The translations under genes and the position numbers were made by a program. Positions 1-12,149 of a stretch of DNA of 64,000 nt are shown here, piece after piece. The notes under the pieces are model-generated. The model had not been told where the DNA came from, searched no databases, and saw only the letters and a program-made list of their open reading frames with translations. The stretch comes from Lingula anatina (Eukaryota; Animalia; Brachiopoda): positions 9,610,001 to 9,674,000 of the forward strand of contig CM120642.1 of NCBI GenBank assembly GCA_051362555.1. The letters are read 5' to 3'. How positions within the stretch are numbered: the first letter of the stretch is position 1; every line of letters starts with the position of its first letter.

Positions 1-106
1 GTCTAGGAAGAGAAGCAGTTATGGTGACATTGTGGCAGAGTCGGTGGATAAAACGGGTTAGGACTAAAACTGAATGTACCCCCAGCGCTTACGCTGGTGG
101 TATAAT
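1..106 (-). mobile_element. 5' end of Helentron/DINE-1-like element family B in the TRAF intron
   Basis: Reverse complement (taccaccagcgtaagcgctgggggtac...gttttagtcctaacccgt...cttctcttcctagac) matches 29008-29170. Confidence 0.7.
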
Positions 107-243
107 AATCACACTTTTTAAGACTGTTAAATCCACTAAATAAATTCATATCACAGACCATGTTATATAAAACATTAAAATGTTCATCCAACAATTAACC
201 TATAAATGTTTCAAATTAGAATTAAATGTACAGTATATTATAC

Positions 244-422
244 CTAATAAGTCCATGAAAGCATCCTTTACAATATCTGTGGCCACAGAAGGACTGTATG
301 GGGTCATTCAACACTTCTTCACAGTGAGTGCAGAGGTACTTTTTATCTAGGCTCGGACCAACAAAAATACTCTGAGGGTATCCATGTTTTACAGAAGGTT
401 CGAAAATTCCTCCGGTTGCCAT
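244..422 (-). CDS. TRAF2: First coding exon of a TNF receptor-associated factor (TRAF2-like), N-terminal RING finger; gene continues left of window
   Basis: MATGGIFEPSVKHGYPQSIFVGPSLDKKYLCTHCEEVLNDPIQSFCGHRYCKGCFHGLIR: C-x2-C...CGHRYC-x2-C RING preceded by the GY..F...L..KY motif of TRAFs. Acceptor at 463-462 (exon 244-461), donor at 243. Paralog identity is uncertain. Confidence 0.75.
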
Positions 423-984
423 TACAATACATTGTACTTGTACCAAATTTAAGGCTAAAATCTGAAATAAGATGTAAAAAAACATATACTAGTAGCTAGT
501 TCAATTATAATAAATAGAGGTACACCAAACAAAATCATACTCCAGAAGCAAACGGAACATGCACTATTTTCTATAAAATTAAAATGTCCTCTGCAGAATC
601 ATGTTGTCATTTACATCATTACCCCCAACCATTTTTAACTGGTTTATCAAATCCCTCCGCATTCAAATAAGTGAGAACTGCTCTTGAAAACCTGTTTGTG
701 TGAGAGAGAGCATGTAAGTGTGATTTGGGGGGGGGGGGGGGGGGTAATTAAGAATACTTAGCACTAGAAGCTCTGAACATATAAAGTAACATATAAAATG
801 TTTAAGGAGAAGGACTAACAGGGAAACTTTATTATGCCCCACCCTAAACTACTATGAGCCTATCCAAATTAAAAATTTACACCCACTGCCTGCAAATAAA
901 AAGGGATAGGTACACAAATGTCACTTCCTCCTTAGATGCCCAGCACATGGTAATCTCTAATGCCTGTTCATAAGTAACATGATA

Positions 985-1676
985 TATACACTCAGTGAAA
1001 CGCAACACTCAATTCTGGGAGTTTTTTTATTTAGTTATTATTATTATTATTATTATTTTTTTTTTTTGGAGGGGGGCAGAATAATTTTATATTTGAGACC
1101 CGCCAGTTTTAGATGGGCCGTACATCCATTTCTTATCCTTAGGCCAACTTTTTAGGCATTTACACATTTTTGAGTCCAATAACACAAACAAAACAATAGA
1201 GCAACCCCCCCCCCCCCCCCCTCCCAAACCAAAAGTGACAGGAACTGCATCATACTGTCAATAGTTCATGTGACCCCCGTTGGCATCCTGGACAACGGTT
1301 ATTCCTCGCCTCATGGATCAGCAGTAGTGCCTGAGTTGATCCTATGGAATCGCCACTCGTTCTTCCACTAGTGCTGCCCTCTCTTGAGTTTCAGGAGGAT
1401 GTTCACATCGGCGGACACGCAAACAAAGCAGATCCCATACATTTTCATTGGGATTTAAGTTGCGACTATTGACCATATGATGCAATACCTCTCACTTTTG
1501 GTTTGGGGGGCCAGGGGGTGCTCTATTGTTTGGTCGTGTTATTGGACTGAAAAATATGTTAACGTCGAAAATTTGGCCTAAGGATTAGAAATGGATGTAG
1601 GGTTCATATAAAACTGGCGGATCTCAAAAAACTCCCAAAACTTAGTGTTGCGTTTCTTTTTTTCCTTGAGTATATT
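985..1676. mobile_element. Foldback MITE with ~210-280-bp degenerate inverted arms, Tc1/mariner-like
   Basis: 985-1266 pairs with 1463-1676 (gaaacgcaacact/agtgttgcgtttc, tacatccatttct/agaaatggatgta, ccaaaccaaaagtga/tcacttttggtttgg); TA at both ends. Confidence 0.65.
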
Positions 1677-1832
1677 ATCATGTTGCACACATTTTTGTAA
1701 CTGTTCTGGTATTTAGTCTAAACATTACAGTTTAAATGATTTCATTGGGATCTTTACTGTGCCTTGCCTGTGAAAGTTGTTTTATTGGGGCAACTGTGCT
1801 CCCCCCCTCCCAGGCACAGCCCCGTTGTGGAA

Positions 1833-2770
1833 TCCACGCTCGGCTGTCACCTTGATTGGATAGTAAACGATTGTCGTAAAACCGCTAAATGATATTAAAA
1901 CCGGGTGCATAAACTTGAAAACCACCTAGGACAACCTTAGACTGCCACATTAATCCAATACAATGCAAAAATAAACTATAACAAGTGGTTAAAGCCTTCA
2001 AACCGAATGTCGTAAAGTCCCCATATACCTCCATAGAGACAATAAAATAGAATGAGCTTCTGAAACAAAACTCGGCCAACTTAAACATAATAATCGAAAT
2101 AAAATACTGCCGGGCATCGGAGCGGCCTAAAACTTGGCACGCTTACCGCTAATACTGCAGGCTACATCATCCCGTCGCTCGTTTGTAAATTCCGTGCATG
2201 GCATACGCACAATCAAACCGTAAAGCCAAATATCACCAAATATCACCCCTGATGTTTATCTTGGTCCTCTCAACAATCCAATTCAGGAAATGACGTAACC
2301 GCAGAGGTCGCATTGTCCAATGGCATGGCTTCTTTTTCGTAATGGCAGGTTAGAGTGGACCAACTTAAACATCAGAGGTGGAATTTTGATTTACGGTTTG
2401 ATTGTGCACAGAATTTACAAACGGGCGACGGGATGATGTAGCCTGCAGTATTAGCGGTAAGCGTGCCAAGTTTTAGGCCGCTCCGATGCCCGGCAGTATT
2501 TTATTTCGATTATTATGTTTAAGTTGGCCGAGTTTTGTTTCAGAAGCTCATTCTATTTTATTGTCTCTATGGAGGTATATGGGGACTTTACGACATTCGG
2601 TTTGAAGGCTTTAACCACTTGTTATAGTTTATTTTTGCATTGTATTGGATTAATGTGGCAGTCTAAGGTTGTCCTAGGTGGTTTTCAAGTTTATGCACCC
2701 GGTTTTAATATCATTTAGCGATTTTACGACAATCGTTTACTATCCAATCAAGGTGACAGCCGAGCGTGGA
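1833..2770. repeat. Large inverted repeat, arms ~1833-2273 and ~2349-2770, spacer ~75 bp
   Basis: Outer ~360 bp nearly identical in reverse complement (gives identical ORFs 1885-2088 and 2515-2718); inner ~80 bp diverged with indels. Confidence 0.97.
2274..2348. promoter_or_regulatory. Putative (bidirectional) promoter core of the TRAF-like gene
   Basis: CpG-rich context; CAGGAAATGACGTAA (ETS-like plus CRE/ATF-like) at 2284-2298; CCAAT at 2278 and 2317; outward-facing GTAAGC donors at 2146 (-) and 2457 (+). Confidence 0.45.
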
Positions 2771-3885
2771 GCACACGAACGAAACGTAGTGCCTCGATAT
2801 GAAACCAGACAACTTTTGTGTTTTTAATCTCCAAATACGAAAAAAAATCAATTAAGCTAATAAATAGGCTAACGTTAAGAACGTATTATATCGTTTGTTT
2901 TATATTAATTATTATTTAAGATCATAATAATAAACAAGTCGCATTTCGATGTACTCCATGCTATAACCTTTATATAAAAATAGCAATTTTTACGAGATTA
3001 CAAATTGTATCGCGTTGTTTGGTTCCATTGCCTCGCTTTCAAAAATTAGAACAGGCGCTCCAAAATCGTAAAACGAAGTTAAAAATTTTATATTGGCCGA
3101 GTTCCCCCACTGTTAAGAATATCCTCGCAGCATTATCTGCAGTTAACCTTCCTACGATTTTCAATGTATTTTGCAATGTAATTTACAATCCTCCAGGTGA
3201 AGAATTTTACTAATCAAGAGTAGGGGAGGTGTGAAAATCCCCATTGGGGCCACATATAACACTATAAATACAATGGGAATCCCCTTAAAATGAAGGTAAA
3301 ATAAATGTTTTTCTAAGGAATTCCGACGGATTTACTTACGGATTTACATAAAATCAATAGAACATTTCTAATATAAATTTTCAAAAAGACACCAGAGAGC
3401 TAATGAAATAAAATCAGCCAGACGGTCTTTGTCAATTTCACCAACTTGTTTATTTCAAACAGCGCACTTTTCGCACATGCGCAGTTGTTTGAAGCCTGTG
3501 CTCGAGCGTGGTGGAATCCACCAAAATGGCCACTTTGACCTGATTACTACTTCAAAATGTGTCTCGCCAGAAAATTCAATAAGACTTCTTTCTGGTGCAG
3601 AAATAAGTTTATTCTTACTATGTAGAACTCAAATGCAACCTTAGAGGATTTTGCTGTGCATACCTAGAGGTCTATTTCGGCCAATTTCTAGCCATTTCTA
3701 TGTTTTAAAGGACTGCACTTCATACCTGTACTAGTAGCTCCTGGGGAAATACTCAAAGTTGATCTAAGGTTTAGCCGTCGTGTTCATTTTATTCTTTAAC
3801 TGCTGTGTACCATTATGCTATTATTATTATAATTATCAACATTGAAAAATCGCAACGTATTACTCACCGTCAGAACAAACACTGC

Positions 3886-5902
3886 GCAGTTGCAAATAAA
3901 ATTAAAGCCCATTGGATAAAATTGTTATCTTCTGGATAATTATTCTTACGATATCGGTCATTTTTAACCATTGTATATGAATAAAATTAAAAAATAATTA
4001 TCTAGAGGCTAGATAACTTTGCCCACATGATAGCAAGGAGTAATAACTCCTTGATGATAGCAATTGTCAAGAGGATAAGAATTTTAACCAATGGATAGTA
4101 TTTTCTGCGCTATGCAGGAAAGATAGGTGGGCAAATGGGGGGCGTCTCGATAGTCCGAAGGTTCATTGGTCCGAAAAGTGGAAACATTTTTATCGATTTT
4201 TTATTCGAGGGTTCATTGGTCCGAAGGTTCTATAGCGAACATTTGGACCAATGAACCTTCGGACTATTGAACCTTCGGACTATCGCTACGGGGTGTCACG
4301 TGAAGAAACCGTCGTCGTAAACCGTTCGGACGGATTATTCACGCAGGGGTAGCAGTCTGTTGACTTACAGTAGGCCTACATAGCTGCACATGCATTTCCA
4401 ACATTTCCCCGTAGAGAAAGTTGTTGCATTATCTAACACACTATTTCTTTTTTATGAAAATTACTTAACTCTGAATTGAAAGAACATTGTAGGGTGAAAA
4501 GTTTTATTCTACGAGTCTTAGATCTGCCACGTTTTTCACACAGAGCAAAACAGTTCAGTCACTATCAAAAGCTCACTTCCAACATTCCCCCGTAGGCCTA
4601 TACTGTAGTAATAAGATTATCAAATACATACTCTCTCATGACGAAAACAACTGAATTATGAATCGGAAAATCATAGTTCAGTGCAAAAATAGCGCCTACT
4701 AAGGACGATATCGTCATACCGGAAGTTACTTCTTTCAATCTACCCTCAATGCGCATGCGCAGAACGGTTTCGTCACGGCACGGGTCTATCACGCCACACC
4801 GGGAAATGCATCAGTCAAAGTCATGACCACAAACGACTACATACGTCCACAAACATAAAATGGTTGGGAAATCAGTTAATATATGTAGGCAGTTGCAAAT
4901 AAAATTAAAGCTACCCATTGGATAAAATTGTTATCTTCTGGATAATTATTCTTACGATAGGCCTATCGGTCATTTTTAACCATTGTATATGAATAAAATT
5001 AAAAAATAATTATCTAGAGGCTAGATAACTTTGCCCACATGATAGCAAGGAGTAATAACTCCTTGATGATAGCAATTGTCAAGAGGATAAGAATTTTAAC
5101 CAATGGATAGTATTTTCTGCGCTATGCAGGAAAGATAGGTGGGCAAATGGGGGGCGTCTCGATAGTCCGAAGGTTCATTGGTCCGAAAAGTGGAAACATT
5201 TTTATCGATTTTTTATTCGAGGGTTCATTGGTCCGAAGGTTCTATAGCGAACATTTGGACCAATGAACCTTCGGACTATTGAACCTTCGGACTATCGCTA
5301 CGGGGTGTCACGTGAAGAAACTGTCGTCGTAAACCGTTCGGACGGATTATTCACGCAGGGGTAGCAGTCTGTTGACTTACAGTAGGCCTACATAGCTGCA
5401 CATGCATTTCCAACATTTCCCCGTAGAGAAAGTTGTTGCATTATCAAACACACTATTTCTTTTTAATGAAAATTACTGAACTCTGAATTGAAAGAACATT
5501 GTAGGTTGAAAAGTTTTATTCTACGAGTCTTAGATCTGCCACGTTTTTCACACAGAGCAAAACAGTTCAGTCACTATCAAAAGCTCACTTCCAACATTCC
5601 CCCGTAGGCCTATACTGTAGTAATAAGATTATCAAATACATACTCTCTCATGACGAAAACAACTGAATTATGAATCGGAAAATCATAGTTCAGTGCAAAA
5701 ATAGCGCCTACTAAGGACGATATCGTCATACCGGAAGTTACTTCTTTCAATCTACCCTCAATGCGCATGTGCAGAACGGTTTCGTCACGGCACGGGTCTA
5801 TCACGCCACACCGGGAAATGCATCAGTCAAAGTCATGACCACAAACGACTACATACGTCCACAAACATAAAATGGTTGGGAAATCAGTTAATATATGTAG
5901 GC
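3886..5902 (+). repeat. Near-identical tandem duplication, two units of ~1.0 kb
   Basis: 3886-4890 repeats at 4889-5902; offset 1003, rising to 1012 after two small insertions. Confidence 0.97.
4148..4285. mobile_element. Small foldback element of inverted GGTTCATTGGTCCGAA-type subrepeats (second copy 5160-5297)
   Basis: cgatagtccgaaggttca ... tgaaccttcggactatcg termini with internal subrepeats. Confidence 0.6.
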
Positions 5903-7001
5903 CTATATACATTGAACATATTAAAAGATATTTAAACAGCACACAATGCCTTAAAATGTAAACCTACTGAAAGATTTCAAGAATAAGATCTAGAGAATGA
6001 GGTTGTGTCAGCACAGTCCGGGAGCCACCGGCTCTTATATTATCTGACGGTTATTTTGGAAAATATTAGATTTGGCCTCGTTTTCAAAACGTGGAGCGAA
6101 ATCTCTACAATCGGCGATCCTCGGCTGATTCCGCAAGCTCCATACTAACCTCGGATGTGATAGATGGAGGAATATGTATATGGGTATGGGCCGCCCATAC
6201 AGCTAGTGTACTACCTGATTTTCACAAGATCCTTTAAGAACTCTGAAACATCCTTATTTTTGCAGCACTTACCATAAACACCAAACAATAATTAGATATG
6301 GGCAAATCGGATTGCATACATGCAGAAATTCAACATGACAACGATTTTCAACGTCGCGGGATTTTTCCCCGTGACGTTCTTTGTCGGGCTGTTGGGCGAT
6401 GCAGCAAGTTATTTGAAAACAAGCTAACTGAAAATAAACACAGTTTTGCTCCTTCAAGCTTCGTGACATAACGTTTCATATTCGTTTCATATCATATAGG
6501 CCTACCCCGTATTTTTGTATATTCTGCTCAAAATGACAAAAGAAAAATATTATCTTACCATGCAGTAGGAAAATCCGATCAACTTCGCACTCACGGCTCC
6601 ACTCCTGTAAATAAAGCTTACATATAACTTTATAGTTAATAACCATACAAGAAGTATATGTAAAATCTACGAATTTCATTACAAATCAGCAATTTTAATG
6701 AGGCTACTGTCTCCTGTAGATGAATGCCTCTTGCAGATGAGCATAATAAGCATCTTTATATATAGGCTAAATAATTAACAGGTGAGCCGCCAGTTTGTTC
6801 GTATGTCAGGTGTAATTAAATTATGGATGTTATGGATCAAGGTAAATAATATTAAACCTACAGGCCTGGCAAATTAAATTCCCTTTAAAACATCTGATAA
6901 TGCATGTATAACTCCTCGTATAGCCTATGCAACAGTAGGGTTTTTACGTGCTATCCAGATCCACACCCCTCAATAGCTAGCTCAATCGATAGACATCCTT
7001 A

Positions 7002-9552
7002 TAGTCTAGATGACTGGTGCAAAAATTGCTCAAAAGGTGGAAAAAGCATGAAACTTGGCACAAATGTTCTTTGGACTATGCTGATCATTTTCAAGGGCAG
7101 TGCCCAAAAATTCAAAACGTTGCTTAGCAACCGTTGCTAAGGAAGTGATTTACCTTAGTAACAAGATTTCTTGTTCAGTTTAAATGATTTAAAAAGGCTT
7201 TTAATAATGTTTCAAACCATCAGAACTATCACCATACTATTTTAAGACATTGAAAACCCAAGAAAACCATCGCAACAGTTGCTAGGCAGCATATTACCCT
7301 AGCAACAAGTATTTAACATAATATATTTAATAACATATATTAAATAATATATATACAGATATTTCTGTAGCACTTTACATACCCTCCAGTTCCTTCCCAT
7401 CTTTCTGTTCCCATTCTACATATAGTAACATGTTTCTTAATTATTAATAAACATAAATAGTGTATGCTTGCACAAACCCAAATACAAATATCTCCGGAGA
7501 TTTACCAATGACCACACCTAAATTATTTTTAGCGGGGCAAATGATGCACATCCAAACATTTTTTACATGTGGACAATCCCAAAAAACCTACAGAATATTT
7601 TCCCTAGTAGTATTGCAAAATTCTCAAATTCATAAGATGAGCATAAGTATTGAATATTCTATAATTTATTCTGAATTGGAGCAACTTTATTTTCTTGTGA
7701 TCCGTTTCTTAAATGTAGGTTCCCAATTATCAGTACTCAAGGTTTATTTTAAATATGTCTGCCATTCACCTACACCTTTACCTGGTGATATAATATGGCT
7801 TTGGAGGATTTTCTGCGAAAAAATATCTGGATGGTTCGGTAACTTGTTTAATTGAGTCAATTATTTCTTGGAATGCTATGAGTAATTTCCTTCTATGGGA
7901 AGAGATAGCCATTCAGATGGTAAGCTCTTTAGGATGCTGAATTAGCCCAGAAAGTTAGTGTTAAGGTTGATTTTTTGTTGAGTTCCTCTAGACAGAGGGA
8001 ATTTCAAATGTCATTTAAAATATCATTGATGTAAAAATAGAACAAAAACATTTTTACACCATCTTTTATGGAAAATAGTTTTTCAATTTCTTTCAATATT
8101 TGAGTTTTGACATAATGGTCGTGATAGGATTTCATCTGGGGTTAAACTGAAATTTTCCTGAATTTCGCTCAAAGAACCAATAATCTCTGCCAAAAGGGAT
8201 AGGAAGTTGCTTTTGGTATTTTTAATCCACCTTTTGTTACTACCGATTCCTGACATTTTACCGAGAAAAACGCTCTCCACTTACTCTTATTTTTTTTTAT
8301 TTAGAAAGACTTTAAAGCCATGTAAAGTTTAGGGCCTTGGGAAATGTTTTATTTGTTTCCATTTTTGTAATCAGACGCTATCCTTGCTCATTTTATTTTG
8401 TATTTTTTTCCATTCCTGATAAAGTTAAATATGATATGCATATTTTTAAGTATTGAGGGAGGGGTGGTGGTGGCAGGAGAGTTTATACATACACTACGTA
8501 AGATGAGAAATACTAAAGATTTAACCACTGCTGACTTTCCTATTATTGAAAGGTTCTTCAGAGACCAGCTTTCCAAGATTTTTTTCATTTTGTTCAATAT
8601 TTTCTAAAAAGTTTTTCACATTGTATTTCGTCAGTTTCTATTCTCTACCAAGTAACTTAAATACACCCGCATGGCTCTATTTTAATTCTTTTTGTTAATC
8701 AATGAATTTCAAAAGTTTCTGTTCACACCCAAAGGCCGTTAGATGCCATATCTTACTTCCACCAAGGCTGCTCTACAACAATATAAGAGTATTCTTGCGA
8801 GATGAACATATCTGAATCAGCACTACGGCGTCATGTCATCAGATACCATGTGGTTACTCTGGTTGGACTTGTGCGGAACAGTGGACCCTTGTGGACACGT
8901 TTGCCAGAAGCTATTGACCTGCCCAGAGTTGCTCCTGTGTGCATGTAGGTGCAGATGTAGAGGCTGACAATGTGCAAGGACAAAATGCACTGTATGTTGC
9001 ACATACAAGGGATAATTTAACGTCTTAACTATTGCAAAGTTTTATAAAGAGTCGTAAGGTGATAAAAGCATGGGAATGGCAATGTATTTGATAGGATGTG
9101 TGTAAACACACTAAATATTGTTTCAACTTACTGGATTTAAAGTATGAACATCTTGCTCAAAAGTGTAGTTCTTAGCTAGCATTATAAATTTGCCTTACTT
9201 AGTGGACTTACGCAACTTTAAATGCTTGTTGCTAGGGTAATATGCTGCCTAGCAAACGTGGCTAAGGTTAATTTGGGTTTTAATTGCCTTAAAATAGTCT
9301 AGTGATAATTCTGATGCCCTGAAACATAATTATTAGCATTTCAAAACCATTTAAACTGGACAAGAAAGGTCTTATTAGCTTGTTACTAAGGAAATTCACT
9401 TCCATAGCAACGGTTGCTAAGCAACGCTTTGAAAATTTGGGCACTGCCCTTGAAAATGATCAGCATTGACCAAAGAACATTTGTGCCAAGTTTCATGCTT
9501 TTTCCACATTTTGAGCAATTTGGCCAAAATATAGCACCAGTCATCCAGACTA
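7002..9552. mobile_element. Non-autonomous TIR DNA transposon, Academ-like (TAG...CTA ends, 3-bp TSD)
   Basis: ~300-bp TIRs (7002-7310 vs 9225-9552) starting TAGTCT(A/G)GATGACTGGTGC; TTA duplicated at 6999-7001 and 9553-9555. Superfamily is inferred from the termini. Confidence 0.75.
7380..8620 (-). mobile_element. Decayed L1/Tx1-type LINE ORF2 C-terminal fragment inside the TIR element
   Basis: Broken frames including KILESWSLKNLSIIGKSAVVKSL...FNFIRNGK and SRPLCQNSNI, resembling the post-RT region of Tx1/L1 ORF2; boundaries approximate. Confidence 0.6.
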
Positions 9553-9887
9553 TTAGAAATAGATAACTGAGGGAGAACTCTGCAAACATTAACGATCTCA
9601 CACTATCTTTGCAGCGTATGTAGAACGCCATCACTGTGCAAACGTTACAAAACTTTTTGGCTCCTCGCACATGTACGCGACATGGACATAATAACGTTAT
9701 TATGTCCAAGGACGAGACTAGTGCGTCCTCCAATCCAGAAGATACTGTACAAAATTTTAAAAAGTGGTTTTGATTTTTTATATAATTTATTCATTGGTTG
9801 TACAATAAGTAAAAATCCTTTTAGAAATAGAATAGGCCTTTCTGTACCGCTTTACGCATTGCGTTAGGAGTGACACTTTTTTGTTAA

Positions 9888-10224
9888 AGGGATAATAACT
9901 CTTCGTTTTGGCCAAAAAATGAATTTTCCTAGAGTAAACAACAATTTTCCCATACTTACCAATGGTTAATGAATCCATTTTTGCATTCAAAGTTAGTCGC
10001 TGGTTTTTTTCTAAAACGGTTGGTTTTTTGTTAAAATCTCTTAAGAGATTTTAACACAGTATAGCCATCAATGGAGGTCACGTGGTCTAAAGACAAGCTC
10101 AGATATCAGAATAATACCTATAACTGCCGTTTTTGTGGTAAAACACAACATATTATATTTCTATGAGTTATTCACAATGTTTTTACTGTGAAATATAGAT
10201 CTCATACGAAGAGTTATTATCCCT
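9888..10224. mobile_element. Kolobok-like MITE
   Basis: TIR AGGGATAATAACTC...GAGTTATTATCCCT with TTAA on both sides. Confidence 0.8.
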
Positions 10225-10234
10225 TTAAGGGAGT

Positions 10235-11956
10235 ATATAAACAAACGTGGCATTTAATATGTAATATTTCAGTTTTAAAGGTATACCTAGGTAGAAATGC
10301 GTTCTTTTAAAAAAAGATCTCATGTAAGATATCTAGTGTGAAGTCAGGTTTGTCTCTACTGATTAACTGAATACAAAGTCTGTTGTACTGATTGTGTAAT
10401 ATTCAGTGATTTAACTGGGTAGTGGTGGTCAAAGCTTGGCTTTGGCGAAGCATGGTTCTGTCAAAAAAGTATCCATATGTCGGCAACTACTGCATCGAAG
10501 AATTTGAAATTTTGCATGCAAGCAGTCGGTTTGGCAATGCGTAAAATGAGTTAAGCAGTGTTTTACAAATTTGTTAAGCTGTGCCAGAATGGCGCGGAAA
10601 AAAAAGACATTGCAAGACAGATTATTGTGTCAAACGGAATGGTCTACACATTTTTGTGGAGTTATGCCCAGACTGATGCACTACACAGAGACCATGCCCA
10701 ATGTATCGTCATCTTACCACCAGGATACAGGACTCTGTCCTTCGGGATTTGCTGCAAAAACCACCCAATCCTTTTTGAATGAGGGGTAAATTGTCACCAA
10801 AACGCGTTTTTCAAGGCTCTTAACGAACACCAAACTTGTCAGGATACCAGGCGACCTCTGAGGAAGTCACTGTAAACAGCGTCGTCTGTTTCTCTAATGA
10901 ATTGGGGACCATGGCAGTTTCTGGGTAGAACACTGATACCGCGTGGCTTCATTTTTATTGAGGTCAGATTTCACCTGTACTGCTAAACTGGTCAGAACAG
11001 AGTTTACAGACATCCTGAAGAGGCATACATGCTACTTCCTAAGTGACTAGGGTCATTGACAGCGTCAGTGTTTGGAGTTGATACCATACTGGTGCCAAAA
11101 CACCAATGGAATTTATCGATGAAAACTTGAACCAGATCAAATAAAGTAATAATCTGGGAACCACTTGGCTATGATTTGATGGGGGGCAGGGCACCTAAGG
11201 AATGATTTTAGGTTGCACGATGAGATTGCCAGTTCACACAGAGCATTTTAATAGCAGATAACTTGCAGAGCCAAGGGAATGAGCAGCTACCTTGGTCACT
11301 AAAATCACGAATATTGGAACCACATAGACAATGTGTGGGTTGTTTATTACTCACCGAATCAATGGTCTGCATGTCCTACAACAATCGGTTTTGTTTATTT
11401 GCAACAGCATATCCCGAAAGACAGTGGGTCCTGTACCCTGGTGGTAAGATTTCAATACATTGGGTGTGGCCTCTGTGTAGGTACATCAGTCTGGGCATTA
11501 CTCTATAAAACTGTGTGGGCCGTTTCGTTTGGGGCGATTATCTCTCTGGCAATGTCTGTTTTTTACAAGCCATTCTGCCGGGGTTTAAATAATTGTAAAG
11601 CAATGCATAGCTCATTTTACTGCAAAACCGACCACTTGCATGCAAAATTTCAGATTCTTCTATTCAGCAGTTGGATACTTTTTTGACAGAACCATGCTTT
11701 GCCAAAGCCAAGCTTTGACCTGCCCAAAGGAGCACTACCCAACTAAATCACTGCATATAACATAATGCAACAGCCCAACAAACCTGGTATTCAGTTAATT
11801 GGAAGCGATACACATGACTACACACTTTTCCATTCACAGTTCTTATATGAGATTTGAGGGTTTTTTTTATTTATTTTTTTTTTATTATATTTTTTTTTAC
11901 CTAGGCATACCTTCGAAACTGAAATATTCCATATTAAATGTCAAGTCTGTATATAT
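10235..11956. mobile_element. Foldback element with long (~550 bp) degenerate inverted arms
   Basis: tttcagttttaaaggtatacctaggta vs tacctaggcataccttcgaaactgaaa; gcatggttctgtcaaaaaagtatcca vs tggatacttttttgacagaaccatgc. Confidence 0.7.
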
Positions 11957-12118
11957 CAGGGGTGGATTGAGGCCGTCTTCTGGGTCTTCTAGAAGACAGT
12001 CAGATTTTCAAGTTTACATTACATTGATTTTTGACTGTCGGAAGACAGTCAAAAATGGAGGACGGAACAACAAAGATAATTTGGAAGACTGTCAAAAATT
12101 TCTCTGGATCCGCCCCTG
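11957..12118 (+). mobile_element. Short MITE with CAGGGG(C/T)GGAT termini (hAT-like ends)
   Basis: caggggtggatt...ggatccgcccctg; related to 20734-20901; decayed copies are built into family A elements. Confidence 0.65.
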
Positions 12119-12149
12119 CGTATAATACCCTGTTGTTCAAAATGATTTA

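Noticed and set aside
1885-2718. Two identical 67-aa ORFs on opposite strands (1885-2088, 2515-2718)
   Set aside because: A by-product of the palindrome; no recognisable domain, and both lie beyond predicted splice donors, i.e. in intron-like sequence.
4598-5804. Twin 64-aa ORFs (4598-4792, 5610-5804)
   Set aside because: Result of the tandem duplication; non-ATG start and no homology I recognise.
6269-6679. CpG-rich stretch with short ORFs and a donor-like site, possibly a gene start
   Set aside because: No recognisable protein or downstream exon; cannot be told apart from a transposon remnant.
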